A DNA stretch of 64,000 nucleotides from Azolla caroliniana (Eukaryota > Plantae > Polypodiophyta). A program made the translations under genes and the position numbers. The notes below the pieces were generated by a model, which saw only the letters and a program-made list of their open reading frames with translations, was not told the DNA's origin and searched no databases. Position 1 is the first letter of the stretch; every line of letters begins with the position of its first letter. Positions 46,852 through 58,413 of this stretch are shown here, one piece after another. The DNA lies in assembly GCA_043228905.1 (NCBI GenBank), contig JBHGNT010000008.1, positions 1,550,001 through 1,614,000 of the forward strand. The letters are read 5' to 3'.

Positions 46852-49800
46852 TGTCATGCTATGGCATGGTATGGCCCCAAAAGGATTCAAACCCATCACC
46901 TTGTATTACATGGGTTAAACCCTTACCATTAAACCATGCATTGTAATACAAAAAATATTATTTTCATTTATTATTTCACCATAGGAAATTCATGTATATT
47001 CCAGATTACTCTAGAACCTTCTAGAAATTTCAGGAATACTCCTAAGAGTACTATAAATAGAGACACATGGCATTATTCAGAACCAATTCGATTCAACGCC
47101 AGTCTTAAGCCTCCTAGTTGTTCTTGTATCTTTCTTCATATAATATAATATACTTCTTGTTGTCATCATTCATTTTTATTTTTATTTTTGGTAATGTTGT
47201 CATCATTCACTCACTCACTCACTCACTCTCTCTCTCTCTCTCTCTCTCTTCCTTCCCCTCTCGTGATTCTCACACACTCTTTCCCTTCTTAGTATTAATC
47301 CTCATTCTTCTCCTTTATCTTTAGTACTAATTCCCCTTGCCTCTAGTACTATCCATGACAGTTTGAACCGAATTTCCTATCTTCTTATCCCTCATTCCCT
47401 TCATACTATTCTCTGATCCTTCCTTCCTCCAATACCAAATGGCAATTGTTAGCGCTCAAGAATACGAATCCGTTTTCTCGGAGCTCCAGTGCTTAAAAGA
47501 AAAGTTTGTAGCACTAGAACAAGAAAATCATCGTTTGTTGGGGGATCTTCAACAAATAGCTCTAGAAAAAGAACAACAACATGGGGAGTTGACGTTACAC
47601 GTGCAACAACTTGAAGCAACTATTGTGTCATTACAACAATAGGGACTAAGCACTCAAGGGACTCCTAAGGAACCCAATATCGGTCTTCATATGAAGTTCG
47701 ATGGAATGCGATCACAGTTTAGAGGATTTATTAATTGGGTACGTTTGGTGATTCGAATGCATCTTTCTCGATATCCCATCGATGCATCACGAGTGGGACT
47801 GGTAGGCACGCTTCTTAGTGGCACAACTTTGGCATGGTTCGCCCCTTTGTTAGAAAAAGACTCTCCTTTGTTAAATAATTTTGAGGAGTTTATTAACGAG
47901 TTTAAAGCATGTTTTGGAGATCCAATAACGTTAGGACGACAATTAACAAAATCCGAAGACTGCGTCAAGGTGATCGGCTGACCTCAGCTTATCTTGTGGA
48001 TTTCCGTCTTCTTGCCACCGATATTCCCTGGGATGACCAATCGTTGATGGAGCAATTTTGCTCTGGCCTATGTAATGATGTCAAGGATTTACTCTTGACC
48101 TTCCCCGAAGAACCAAAGTCGCTCACAGAAGCAATCAGTCAAGCGGTACAATGCGATAACCGCCTTTTCGAATGACATTTGAAACGTTAGTTCCAGATGC
48201 CAAGAACAAGATCAGAGCCCACCTACATCTCAGTTGTAGCAAAACCTTTTCCAAGAGAGTCATATAATGTGTCTCCAACAAATACTCCAACTTCGATGGA
48301 AATCGACACCACACCGTGTCGCGGACCATTATCGAAAGAGGAAAAGCATCTACGCCGAGCAAATTGGCTATGTATTTATTGTGGTGGACCGGGGCATATT
48401 TCAGTGAATTGTCCTCATGGGCCAAGCAAACAGGTAAATCAAATAGCCGCTAGTACTAATAGTACAAAACCCAACTCTATTTCCTTAGGAGTGTCAGATA
48501 GTCCTAATAGCCCAAGCCTATCAAACAAATTTGAAGTCCTTAGTCAATTAGAAGAAGAGTTAAACCACTAAGTCCAACCAAAATAGGAGTCGTTTGGTTA
48601 GACAATCATTATAGATCTGTGCAACCCATTAGTGGTTTCATTCCCTCTAAGCAAGTTAGCAATGTCTTCCTAGCTCAAGTACAATTAACTGTACTAAAAG
48701 TAATCCTTCATTACATGTCTTAACACTCCTAGATTCCGGTGCCAACTCTTGCTTCGTGGATAAGAATTTTTCCCAAGCTCATCAGATATCCCTAAGAAAA
48801 CTCCCTTGCCCAGCTTTTGTAGTAGTCAATGATGGTCACCCCATTGCTTCCGGAAATATCATAGAAGAGTCAAAGATGATTAATGTTTTCCTAAATAATT
48901 TGGCATGTTTAGTATCATTTAATATAATTAGTATTTCAAAGCATTTAATTGTTTTGGGGTTACCATGGTTCGAATTACATAATCCGGACGTAGATTCGAG
49001 AACAAGAGAAATCGGGTATTGACAACCTTGAGGATCTACTCATAAGATTTCAACAATTTCGCTACATCAATTGTGTGAGGAAGGAAGCAATGTTTGTATT
49101 CGTAGTATCAGTGAAACCTTCCAACACTGTGAAGGAGGAGTCAACAATTCAACATCCAAAGAAGTATCATTAGTATGCCGACATTTTTGATAAGGTAAAC
49201 GCTAGTACTCTTCCTCATCATCGACCATATGATTGTTCCATTGCCTTACAACCCGGAAAAGAGCCACCGTGGGGACCGATCTACAACTTGTCACCAACCA
49301 AGCTTGAAGTTCTTCAAGCGTACATAGAGGAAAATTTGGCAAACGGGTTCATTCGACATTCGAAATCTCCAGCTGACACACCTATTTTCTTTGTCAAGAA
49401 AAAAGATGGATCACTTCTTCTAGTCGTGCATTACTGTGGCTTGAATAAGGTCACCATCAGGAATAGGTATGCACTTCCCCTGATCAAGAGTCTTTTAGAA
49501 AGAATTAATGGCGCAAATTCTTTTACAAAAATTGACCTACGAGGAACATATAACCTCGTACGAATTCACCCGGGAGACGAATGGAAAACAACTTTCTGCA
49601 CCCGATATGGGCACTTCGAGTATACGGTTATGCCATTCGGCCTCACCAATATGCCAACAGTTTTCCAACACATGGCAAATGATATATTCCGAGATCTTTT
49701 GGACATTTGTTTGATCATCTACTTGGATGATTTGCTAGTTTATTCAAAGACACAAGAGGAGCATGATTCTCATGTACTATTTATTAGTATTAAGACAACT

Positions 49801-50910
49801 ACGAGAACATGGTTTTTATGCAAAGCTAGAAAAGTGTCGCTTTGATTGTACCCAGGTGGAATTTCTAGGCTATGTCATCTCATCAGAAGGCATCTCTATG
49901 GATCCAACTAAAGTCCAAACTGTGTTGGAGTGGCAAACTCCACGTTCATTGCGAGATGTGCAATGCTTTTTAGGATTCGCAAACTTGTATCGCAAGTTTA
50001 TACAAGACTACTCAAAGCTTATTTTGCCGCTCACATAGCTTACAAAGAAGAGGCAATCGTTTGTTTGGACTAAGGAAGCGGGCACAACTTTTAAAGGTCT
50101 CAAGAAAGCATTTACATCAGCTCATGTTGATCCACAGAAACCATTTATCATTGAAGCAGACATGTTTGATTTTGCCCTCGGTAGTATTTTGTCACAACAA
50201 GGTAACGATGAGAAGCTACATCCCATGGCTTTCCACTCGCGCAAATTTGACGTCGCCTCAATCAACTACGAGATACATGACAAGGAGCTCTTAGCAATAG
50301 TGGACTCTTTTGCACAATGGAGACAGTTTTTAGATGGATCTCCTCATCAAGTCATTGTATTCAATGATCACAAGAATCTTGCCTATTTCTAGAATGCTCA
50401 TGTATTAAACAGACAACAAGCTCGGTGGGCCCAATTCCTCACTCGTTTTGACTTCAAGATTACATATCATCTAGGCAAGCAACAAGGGAAGGCGGATACA
50501 TTACTACGACGCTCGTATCTAGCTCCTCATCCTGGTCATCCGGCCTTCGACAATCAAAAGCAAGTAATCTTGCGTCTAGCACGACTTCAAGCAACGTGGG
50601 TCTTTGACACCATTGGATTCCCGCATTATCGATACCATACGTGAAGACTTGAAGAAGGATATTTTTGCTCAAGCTATTCTAGATCAAATTGATCCTTCTC
50701 GGGCATCGTGTTCACGATCACAACAACCAGGTATATATTATGAGCAATTCAAATGACATAATGGATTACTCTTTTTAAGAATCTTTTGTATGTTCCCAAT
50801 GGTTCGTGCCACCTTCAAATAGTACAAAATTGTCATGACACATACATAACCGGACATTTTGGTAGTACTAAAAAGTTGGATTTAGTGCAATGATAATTTT
50901 GGTGGCCTCA
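46852..50910 (+). mobile_element. 3'-truncated Tcn1-like gypsy; 5' LTR 46852-47360, self-priming PBS 47363-47374, degenerate gag-PR-RT-RH
   Basis: TGTCATG..CATGACA. TTGAACCGAATT pairs (1 mismatch) with LTR 47085-47096. gag and pol are homologous to 11502-14800. Breaks off at the integrase zinc finger. Confidence 0.88.
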
Positions 50911-50940
50911 TAGGAAAAGATAACATATAAATAACATGTA

Positions 50941-51215
50941 AATAACATCATATCATCATAACGCCGCCCCCTTACCATATGTGAACATGTACAAGACTCA
51001 AGTATATTTCTGTACAAGACTCTCAAATGAACACATTTGAAAAACAACACAAATGAAGAGTAGGAACAACAACAAACATGCTCAACAAGAACATGTTGAG
51101 AAAGATAATATATAAATAGCATCATATCATCATAGCACCCCCTTACCATAATGAACATGTAAAGGCTCAAGCATATTTCTATACAAAACTCTCAAATGAG
51201 CACATTTGAAAAACC
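50941..51215. repeat. Imperfect two-copy repeat (about 100-nt core, period about 174 nt)
   Basis: CATCATATCATCATA..CCCCTTACCATA..CTCTCAAATGA.CACATTTGAAAA occurs twice. Confidence 0.75.
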
Positions 51216-52741
51216 AAACATAACAGGAAGATTTACAAACATAATCAACAAGAATATCCTCTTCTCGAATAGTTGAAACGTCTTAATGAATTTATGGTAG
51301 AGTGACAAGTTATTTGCCAACAATTTGTTGCAAATCATGCAACAAAACCTACAATAGGAGGAGACCTGGATGTTGTGTCGTTTGAAGAGGTCGTTGCATG
51401 TTCGTTGTAGAGGGGTCACAAGAAGGACATCGAGCAGAGATGGTATGAACACAACAAGCAAAGGAGACAAAGTGAGCAAAGAATGCCTAATACACCGTAG
51501 AGGGGTCACAACAACAACAAAGAGCAGACAACGCTTGTTCGCTCTGGATGGTGGGATACAACAAGCACAACAAGCAGAGATGGTGGGAACATAGTACACA
51601 AAGGGAACAGAGTGAGCAGGGAGCACCTTGAGGTTGCAGAAGGGTCAAAGAGAATAGAGAACGTGGTTGTTGCTTGGAGGTGCAGATGGTCTAAAGTGTT
51701 GACACAACTTGGACACATGTGAATGCAGGAGAAGCTAAGGGAGATCTGAAAGAGAGACATAGACAGAGTGAGAGACAAACAGACAGAGACAGAGACAGAG
51801 AGAGAAAGACTCACTCAATCACTCATTGTCAATTCGAGATCTTTAACAATTAAAGTCTCTATATAAGTTTACCTCAGCATATGCACCTTCAACCTCAATT
51901 GGAATTGATTAAACGAGGGACACTTGTACAGAGACATAACACTAGAAGGATGTGGATTTATTGTTATTTAAAAATTAGAACCCATTGAATGTGACTTTTA
52001 TTTTTTTAATAAGTGATGATCGACTTTTTAGTCACTTTTATTGGATTATTTTAAATTATAGTTTTTTTTTCTCCTTATGAAAATAGTACTAAACTTTTGG
52101 CCAAAAGTTAGTACACCGTAGCTTGCCTTTACCCCATTAATAATGAAATATAAAAGCACATATATTGGGAGATGGCACGATGATGTCAAGGTTCGAGGAA
52201 AGGCGAAGCGCGAGGTGGGAAGGTTTCATAGATCAAATTTCAACCAATATCTCAACTAGGTATGTTTTGATATATTGAAGACAAGCTATTTAGTGTCCAT
52301 GTGGATGGATAAGGTGACTTACATGCCAATGTTTTTCCATGTTCTCCAGTCTTGAAACAAATTGTTGAGTGGACAAGCTCAACTAGATCTGGATCGATTG
52401 AATAAGACATGGCCGGATCGGTATCCGAAACCAAGAGCCAGATCGGATTGGGACCGGTAGGCCGCTAGAGGCCTATGAATCTAGCCTAGTACGTAGGCAT
52501 ATTTTTGGGAGTCAGTGTCAATCGCTCGTATGAGCATTGAAGTACTTGTCAGTCCCTTTAAGAACTTGTATAAAAAGTGTTACTATTTGAATAGAGTTTA
52601 TGCTATTTTGCTCTCACTGTCTCTCCTGTGTACTCTGCATTCTAAGCTTCCATTAAACCTGTGTTTATTCTCTATTGCTATCTGGTGTAACCGGTTTTCT
52701 CTTAGCTTTTGCACATTATCTTTTACATGGTATCAACGCGC

Positions 52742-55700
52742 TGTCGTGAAGCTTTTCGTCCATAGGCGGAAAACCGAGTGAAGCAAGCAAACCCGCGATG
52801 TGCAACGTTGCACATCAACATGTTGTATTTCTATTTATCGATAGTGATAAGTATGGTGCTAGAAATGCACCTTAGGATTTGTAAAGTGTAAAGGTGATGT
52901 GCTTTTGCGCGCACATCCACGTGAGAGAGAGAGATAGGTACATAGTAGTTCGTGTAGAGGTGGGAGTTAAGACCCATCCTTCCCACCTCCCCTAAAATCG
53001 AGGGAAATATCCCCATTGATTGAAAGGGGATATTTTGTAGCACCTTTATGTAACGGTCTTCCCTCCTTGTGCTATAAAAGGAGAGGAAGAGCACCATTGT
53101 GGGGGTTGCCTTATTTTGGAGTGTGAGTGAGGTATACCATTTTGTTTAGGGTTCCTTAGTTAGGGTTTCTTTTCTTCTTCGTCGGATTAGGGTTTCGGGT
53201 TTATCATAGTCGTTCGGTGCGGCCTACGCGGCCGCCATTTTGTAATCGGTTTTCGGTTCTAATATATCTTGTTGAGCATTTGGCCTCCATCTTCCTCTTG
53301 TTCATTCTTTCTCTTCTTGTGCTAAGCTCCATTCCGAAGTCCTATTCCTTCTCCCCTTCTCCTTAGTCCAAGACCCCCGTGGTTCCGCCCTTCTCCACGC
53401 ACGCGCGTAACAACGCGACATCTTTGGTGAACCCGACGTGAAGGGCGGCAAGGGAGAAAGAGATGGAAGAAGGCTTCGACTTCGAGGAGATGATGACAAA
53501 GATCTTGATGGACGCCGGACGGAAGAGGGCGAGGCGAGAGGCGGCTCAACAAGCGGTCGAAAGCGTGGTCCGTCTAGTCGGCCGGTTCGATGGGAAGGAG
53601 ATCCCAAAATTTTTGAGAGCCTACGATGCGGAAATGACGAGGATGGGCGTGGACGAAGCGACGAGGCTAGAGTTCTTTCGTCGAGCGGCGGCCGCATCAA
53701 AGTACGAGGAGGTCAAGGAGCTCCAAGAAGCTCACGAATCGTGGGAGTCCTTTGAAGGGGCTCTAATGGAGGCATACGGGTGCGCGGAATCGGAGGTAAG
53801 AGGTCGGCGAGAGTTCGATCGGTGGGTGGCGTCGGCGAGGCGCCATCGGAGCGCAATGGAGGCATTCCGAGAGTTCGAGCGTCGTTTCTCTCAACTCTCG
53901 GAGTGGGAACGAAGATCGGTGGGGGCGGACAAAGTCCTCCTATTTTTGGAGACGGTCCATCATGAGGAGAGGATGGACATCATGTTCGAGCTTCAAGACG
54001 ATTATGGGGCGCATGGTCTCACCGAGGAGTGGCCCGAAGTGGAATGGGTGTGTCGGCAACATGAGGCGAGGCAGTCGGCCACAACACGGCCCGCGAGCGG
54101 GGGAGAAGAGAGAGCGACGACCGACTACGCCATGCCGCCGGACGAGAGCTCATCGCGAACCGGTTTGGAGGGGCCCGACCTACAAGCGCTAATACGGGAG
54201 GCGTGCGGGCTCGTAATGGCGAAAATCGAAGCCGAAGAATGGCTTATTGCGGGGTCGGGCCCGAGCGGATCGGAGGACGCGGAGAAAGGAGCTTCCTCAC
54301 ACATGGAGGACGGGGCCTATGCGGAGGCCGAAAGAGAATGGTACATCGGTACCACGGGAGAGGGTGCGGAGCGAGCCGCCCTCTCGACATGGGGGAAAAG
54401 AACGACCGAGGACGAGGTCGGGGACGGTGAGGCGGCGATCGCCGATTCGAGCGGACATGGCGGATTCGGGACATGGTGGCCCGAATCATCGAGTACGGAG
54501 GAGACAAGCGGCGGTACCGCAACCTTCCACGCACCGGTTCGAGAGACCACGGCGGCCGGCCCGAGCGCCCGCGAGAGACCGAGGGAGAAGAACGGTGGCG
54601 GCGGCAAGGCGGGCAACCGAGACAACGGTAAGGAGACCGTGGAAGAGGCGGCGGCAAGCATAACCGATGGTTGCATATACGGAGGCGAGGTAGCCACGGA
54701 CAGCGACGTCCGAGCGGAGGTGGCTGCGGACATTACATCGACGAGCGGCGGTCCCGCGACCTTACACGCGTCATTCCTAGAGATCACGGCGGCCGGCCCG
54801 AGTGCCCGCGTAAGACCTATGGTGAAAGGCAGTGGCGGTGGCAAGGCGGGCGACCACGGCGTCGACACGAGAGAAGGTGCGGAGCAAGCGACCCTCTCAT
54901 CTCGGGGAAAAAGAACGGCCATGGACAAGGCCGATATCTACGGAGCGATGGACGCCACTTCGAGAGTGGGCGGAAGTTTCGGGACGCAGTTGCCCGAAAC
55001 GTTCTACGAGGATTTCGCGAGCATACTCGAGGCTTGCGAGATGGAGGAGGAAGACGAAACGAGCGATGGTGTCGCGACCTTCCACACACCGGCCCTAGAG
55101 GCTTCGGCGGTCGGCCCGAGTGCCGGCACGAGACCTAGAACGACGGGCGGTGGCGGCGGCAAGGCGGGCAAACGAGATGACGCGGAGACCGGCGAAGAAG
55201 AGGCGGCGGCAAGCATACTCGATGCTTGCGAAACCGAAGACGGGGTAGCCACGGACGACGATGTCCGAATGGAGGTGGCTACGGACGAGAGGAGTGGTGG
55301 TGTCGCGACCTTCCACACACCGGTCCTAGAGACTCCGGCACCCGGCCCGAGAGCCGGCGAGAGGCCTAGAGTGACGGACGGTGGCGGCGGCAAGGCGGGC
55401 AACCGAAACGACGACGACATGGGAGAGGGTGCGGAGCGAGCAACCCTCTTGTCTTGCGGCGAATGGACGGCCAAGGATGAGGCCGGTGACTACAAAGCGG
55501 AGAGCGCCACTTCGAAAGTGGGCGGAAGATTCGGGGCACGGCGGCCCAAAACATCGAGCGGAGAGGAGGCGAGCGGTGGTGCCGCGACCTTCCACACACC
55601 GGCCCTAGAGGCTTCGGTGGTCGGCCCGAGTGCCGGCACGAGACCTAGAACGACGGGCGGTGGCGGCGGCAAGGCGGGCAAACAAAATGATGCGGAGAAC

Positions 55701-58413
55701 GGCGAAGAAGAGGTGGTGGCAAGCATACTAGAGGCTTACGGAATCGGAGATGGGGGAGCCGCGGACAACGACGTCCGAACGAAAGCGGCTACGGAGACAA
55801 CAAGCGGCGGTGCCGGGTCCTTACCCACACCAATCCTAGAGGCTCCAATGGCCGGCCCGAGTGCCGGCATGAGGCTTAGTGCGATGGGAGGTGACGGCGG
55901 CAAGGCGGGCAACGGAAACGAGAAGGAAGATTGGAGCGGACGGAGGCAAGACCCCTTGACACCGAGGCCGGAGACTTCGGCGGTTGTGCTCGAATGCCAA
56001 CGTGAGACCGGAGAGATGGGCGGTGATCGTGAGGAGGTGAGGCCCGGAGAGAGCGCATACGAAGACGAGTATGCGGGGCCCAGAATGGGCGTATACGGTG
56101 GGTCCGACGGAGAGGACCGGAGCGGAAACGAGGAGAGAGTCGGGAACCGACCCGACCGGAATACGGCACGGAAGAAGAAGAGCGTAAGGGCCGGCGAACC
56201 GGGCCCAAACCGAAGGAAGCCGGCGAGACCGATTGGCCGGTTACGGTTACGGTTACGGTTACGATGGGAGCCGGTAAACGCGAGATGGAGGCTAACCGGG
56301 CACGACGACCATGGTTCGGGGGAAAAACGGAAAGAAACGAGACCCCCCATACCCACTCTAGAGACTACGGCGGTTGCGGATCAACATAAGACCGGAGAAA
56401 CGGCGGATGGCGGCGAGGAGTCGGAGGCCGGAGCGTACGAGGTTACCGGAACGGATATCCGGTACGAGATGGTGGACGGGTGGGTCCAAGACGGCGAGCC
56501 CGTGTCGGAACGGGCTACGGCGACAAAGGAGGAGAAGACCGACACGGAGGTCGGGTCTACGGCGGAAGAGCGAGGCGAGATGCATGCAATACGGCCGATG
56601 GAGGGCCAAGCGACAAGCATGCCTACGAAGGAGCCACATCGAGCGACCGAAGATGACGGTCGGATCACGCCTTCGAGAGGCGAATACGAGGAGGAAGGCG
56701 GCGACGACAAGACCTGGCACGATGCTAGGGAAGATTGGTGGGAAGAGGTGGCCTACGGAGAGGCTAAGACCGGCGGCCACGAAGATAAGGCCCGAGAGGG
56801 ATCCTCCACACCGGCTATAGAGACTCCGACGGTCGGCGCGAGTGCCGACGTGAGACCAAGAGTGGCGGACGGTGGCGGCGAGGGGACGAAGGCCACAACG
56901 GATGAAGGCACCGAGAGAGGCATACGGGAGGTCGCGGAGAACGAAGATGTATGCGCCCAAAAGAACGAACACGACATCGCGAAGGATGTGTGCGGTCGAG
57001 CGGGCCAAGAGGGCCAAGAGGGTGTTCCTCCGAGCGAAACGGAGGTCGGGGAAGAAAGGTACCTTTCCGAAAGGGTACGCGAAGAGGAGCGGAATGCGAA
57101 ACGTGCAATGCGGCCGCATGAGGGCCAAGCAACGAGCACGGGAACGATGGTATGCTCTACGGCGAGGGAGCACGGCAAGCAAAGGGAAGGCGAAAAATGC
57201 GTGATGGGGTCATCGAAGGACCGAAGCACGAGCACGCGTTCGGAGGACGACACCGACGTACGGGGAAAGCCTACGGAAGGCAAGCGCGGAGCGAGAAGAG
57301 TCGGCACGACGAGGTGCGCGGCACGAAAAGGGCGGATCCGGAGGATATGCGAGGCGAACAAAGGGTCGGCAACGGCGTTCGGGAGGACCGAATGGGGAGG
57401 GAAGCGCGGGCATCGGATATGGCGGCCCGAGTGTAGTCGGTGGTTCGAGGAAACACGGTGGACGTGGCGGATCAGGTGGAGGCAACGACTCGGCGAGCAT
57501 CGTCGAGTGTGGCGGATCGGATGGAGCCGACGGTTCGAGACCATTCGACGAAGATGGTGGGCCGGAAGGCGACGGTGGTTTGTATGGACGGGGTGGACTT
57601 GCTCGAAGTGGAAGACGAAGCCGGGCAAGCCCACGAGGTTGTCAAGGGCTCGGTTGGCCGCCTTGGCCGAAAATCTCGCGTTTTGTTCCCCTTTTTGGCA
57701 CATACCGGTGGATGTGCGGTTAGGTGGGGGCGGATGTCGTGAAGATTTTCGTCCATAGGCGGAAAACCGAGCGAAGCAAGCAAACCCGCGATGTGCAACG
57801 TTGCACATCAACATGTTGTATTTCTATTTATCGATAGTGATAAGTATGGTGCTAGAAATGCACCTTAGGATTTGTAAAGTGTAAAGGTGATGTGCTTTTG
57901 CGCGCACATCCACGTGAGAGAGAGAGATAGGTACATAGTAGTTCGTGTAGAGGTGGGAGTTAAGACCCATCCTTCCCACCTCCCCTAAAATCGAGGGAAA
58001 TATCCCCATTGATTGAAAGGGGATATTTTGTAGCACCTTTATGTAACGGTCTTCCCTCCTTGTGCTATAAAAGGAGAGGAAGAGCACCATTGTGGGGGTT
58101 GCCTTATTTTGGAGTGTGAGTGAGGTATACCATTTCGTTTAGGGTTCCTTAGTTAGGGTTTCTTTTCTTCTTCGTCGGATTAGGGTTTCGGGTTTATCAT
58201 AGTCGTTCGGTGCGGCCTACGCAGCCGCCATTTTGTAATCGGTTTTCGGTTCTAATATATCTTGTTGAGCATTTGGCCTCCATCTTCCTCTTGTTCATTC
58301 TTTCTCTTCTTGTGCTAAGCTCCATTCCGAAGTCCTATTCCTTCTCCCCTTCTCCTTAGTCCAAGACCCCCGTGGTTCCGCCCTTCTCCACGCACGCGCG
58401 TAACAACGCGACA
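52742..58413 (+). mobile_element. Non-autonomous Gag-only LTR element no.3; 679-bp LTRs 52742-53420 and 57735-58413; Trp PBS 53425-53442; TSD GCGC
   Basis: LTRs differ at about 4 positions by eye. Single long ORF with no PR, RT, RH or INT motif. Inserted at the PBS of Copia-C. Confidence 0.95.
53463..57758 (+). CDS. 1431-aa protein: Gag-like N-terminal domain (about 200 aa), long acidic Gly/Ala/Glu/Thr repeat region, Arg/Trp-rich tail
   Basis: Uninterrupted ORF from 20 nt after the PBS to a TAG inside the 3' LTR. RFDGKEIPKFLRAYDAEM motif. The unit SGG.ATFHTP.LE...GPSA..RPR...GGGGKAG recurs at least 6 times. Confidence 0.85.
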   Translation: MEEGFDFEEMMTKILMDAGRKRARREAAQQAVESVVRLVGRFDGKEIPKFLRAYDAEMTRMGVDEATRLEFFRRAAAASKYEEVKELQEAHESWESFEGALMEAYGCAESEVRGRREFDRWVASARRHRSAMEAFREFERRFSQLSEWERRSVGADKVLLFLETVHHEERMDIMFELQDDYGAHGLTEEWPEVEWVCRQHEARQSATTRPASGGEERATTDYAMPPDESSSRTGLEGPDLQALIREACGLVMAKIEAEEWLIAGSGPSGSEDAEKGASSHMEDGAYAEAEREWYIGTTGEGAERAALSTWGKRTTEDEVGDGEAAIADSSGHGGFGTWWPESSSTEETSGGTATFHAPVRETTAAGPSARERPREKNGGGGKAGNRDNGKETVEEAAASITDGCIYGGEVATDSDVRAEVAADITSTSGGPATLHASFLEITAAGPSARVRPMVKGSGGGKAGDHGVDTREGAEQATLSSRGKRTAMDKADIYGAMDATSRVGGSFGTQLPETFYEDFASILEACEMEEEDETSDGVATFHTPALEASAVGPSAGTRPRTTGGGGGKAGKRDDAETGEEEAAASILDACETEDGVATDDDVRMEVATDERSGGVATFHTPVLETPAPGPRAGERPRVTDGGGGKAGNRNDDDMGEGAERATLLSCGEWTAKDEAGDYKAESATSKVGGRFGARRPKTSSGEEASGGAATFHTPALEASVVGPSAGTRPRTTGGGGGKAGKQNDAENGEEEVVASILEAYGIGDGGAADNDVRTKAATETTSGGAGSLPTPILEAPMAGPSAGMRLSAMGGDGGKAGNGNEKEDWSGRRQDPLTPRPETSAVVLECQRETGEMGGDREEVRPGESAYEDEYAGPRMGVYGGSDGEDRSGNEERVGNRPDRNTARKKKSVRAGEPGPNRRKPARPIGRLRLRLRLRWEPVNARWRLTGHDDHGSGEKRKETRPPIPTLETTAVADQHKTGETADGGEESEAGAYEVTGTDIRYEMVDGWVQDGEPVSERATATKEEKTDTEVGSTAEERGEMHAIRPMEGQATSMPTKEPHRATEDDGRITPSRGEYEEEGGDDKTWHDAREDWWEEVAYGEAKTGGHEDKAREGSSTPAIETPTVGASADVRPRVADGGGEGTKATTDEGTERGIREVAENEDVCAQKNEHDIAKDVCGRAGQEGQEGVPPSETEVGEERYLSERVREEERNAKRAMRPHEGQATSTGTMVCSTAREHGKQREGEKCVMGSSKDRSTSTRSEDDTDVRGKPTEGKRGARRVGTTRCAARKGRIRRICEANKGSATAFGRTEWGGKRGHRIWRPECSRWFEETRWTWRIRWRQRLGEHRRVWRIGWSRRFETIRRRWWAGRRRWFVWTGWTCSKWKTKPGKPTRLSRARLAALAENLAFCSPFWHIPVDVRLGGGGCREDFRP

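Noticed and set aside
46872-46943. Functional tRNA genes at the A/B-box sites (also 4687, 20014, 25881)
   Set aside because: No consistent acceptor and anticodon stems could be drawn, so they are reported only as promoter-like modules.
51192-52434. ORFs 51192-51626, 51370-51594, 51506-51814 and 52252-52434
   Set aside because: Low-complexity or GA-repeat-derived, with no recognisable domain or splice structure.
52516-52727. A complete 212-bp TG..CA LTR for Copia-C
   Set aside because: Similarity to the Copia-A LTR extends upstream of 52516 and no matching 3' copy is present, so this TG is internal.
53463-57758. Host gene or envelope protein interpretation of the 1431-aa ORF
   Set aside because: It is bounded by LTRs, PBS, PPT and TSD, has no introns, and shows no signal peptide or hydrophobic transmembrane segment.
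53302-57814. Many antisense and alternate-frame ORFs up to 353 aa over element no.3 (similarly over nos.1 and 2)
   Set aside because: These are shadows of a GC-rich, stop-poor repeat ORF with no domain motifs.
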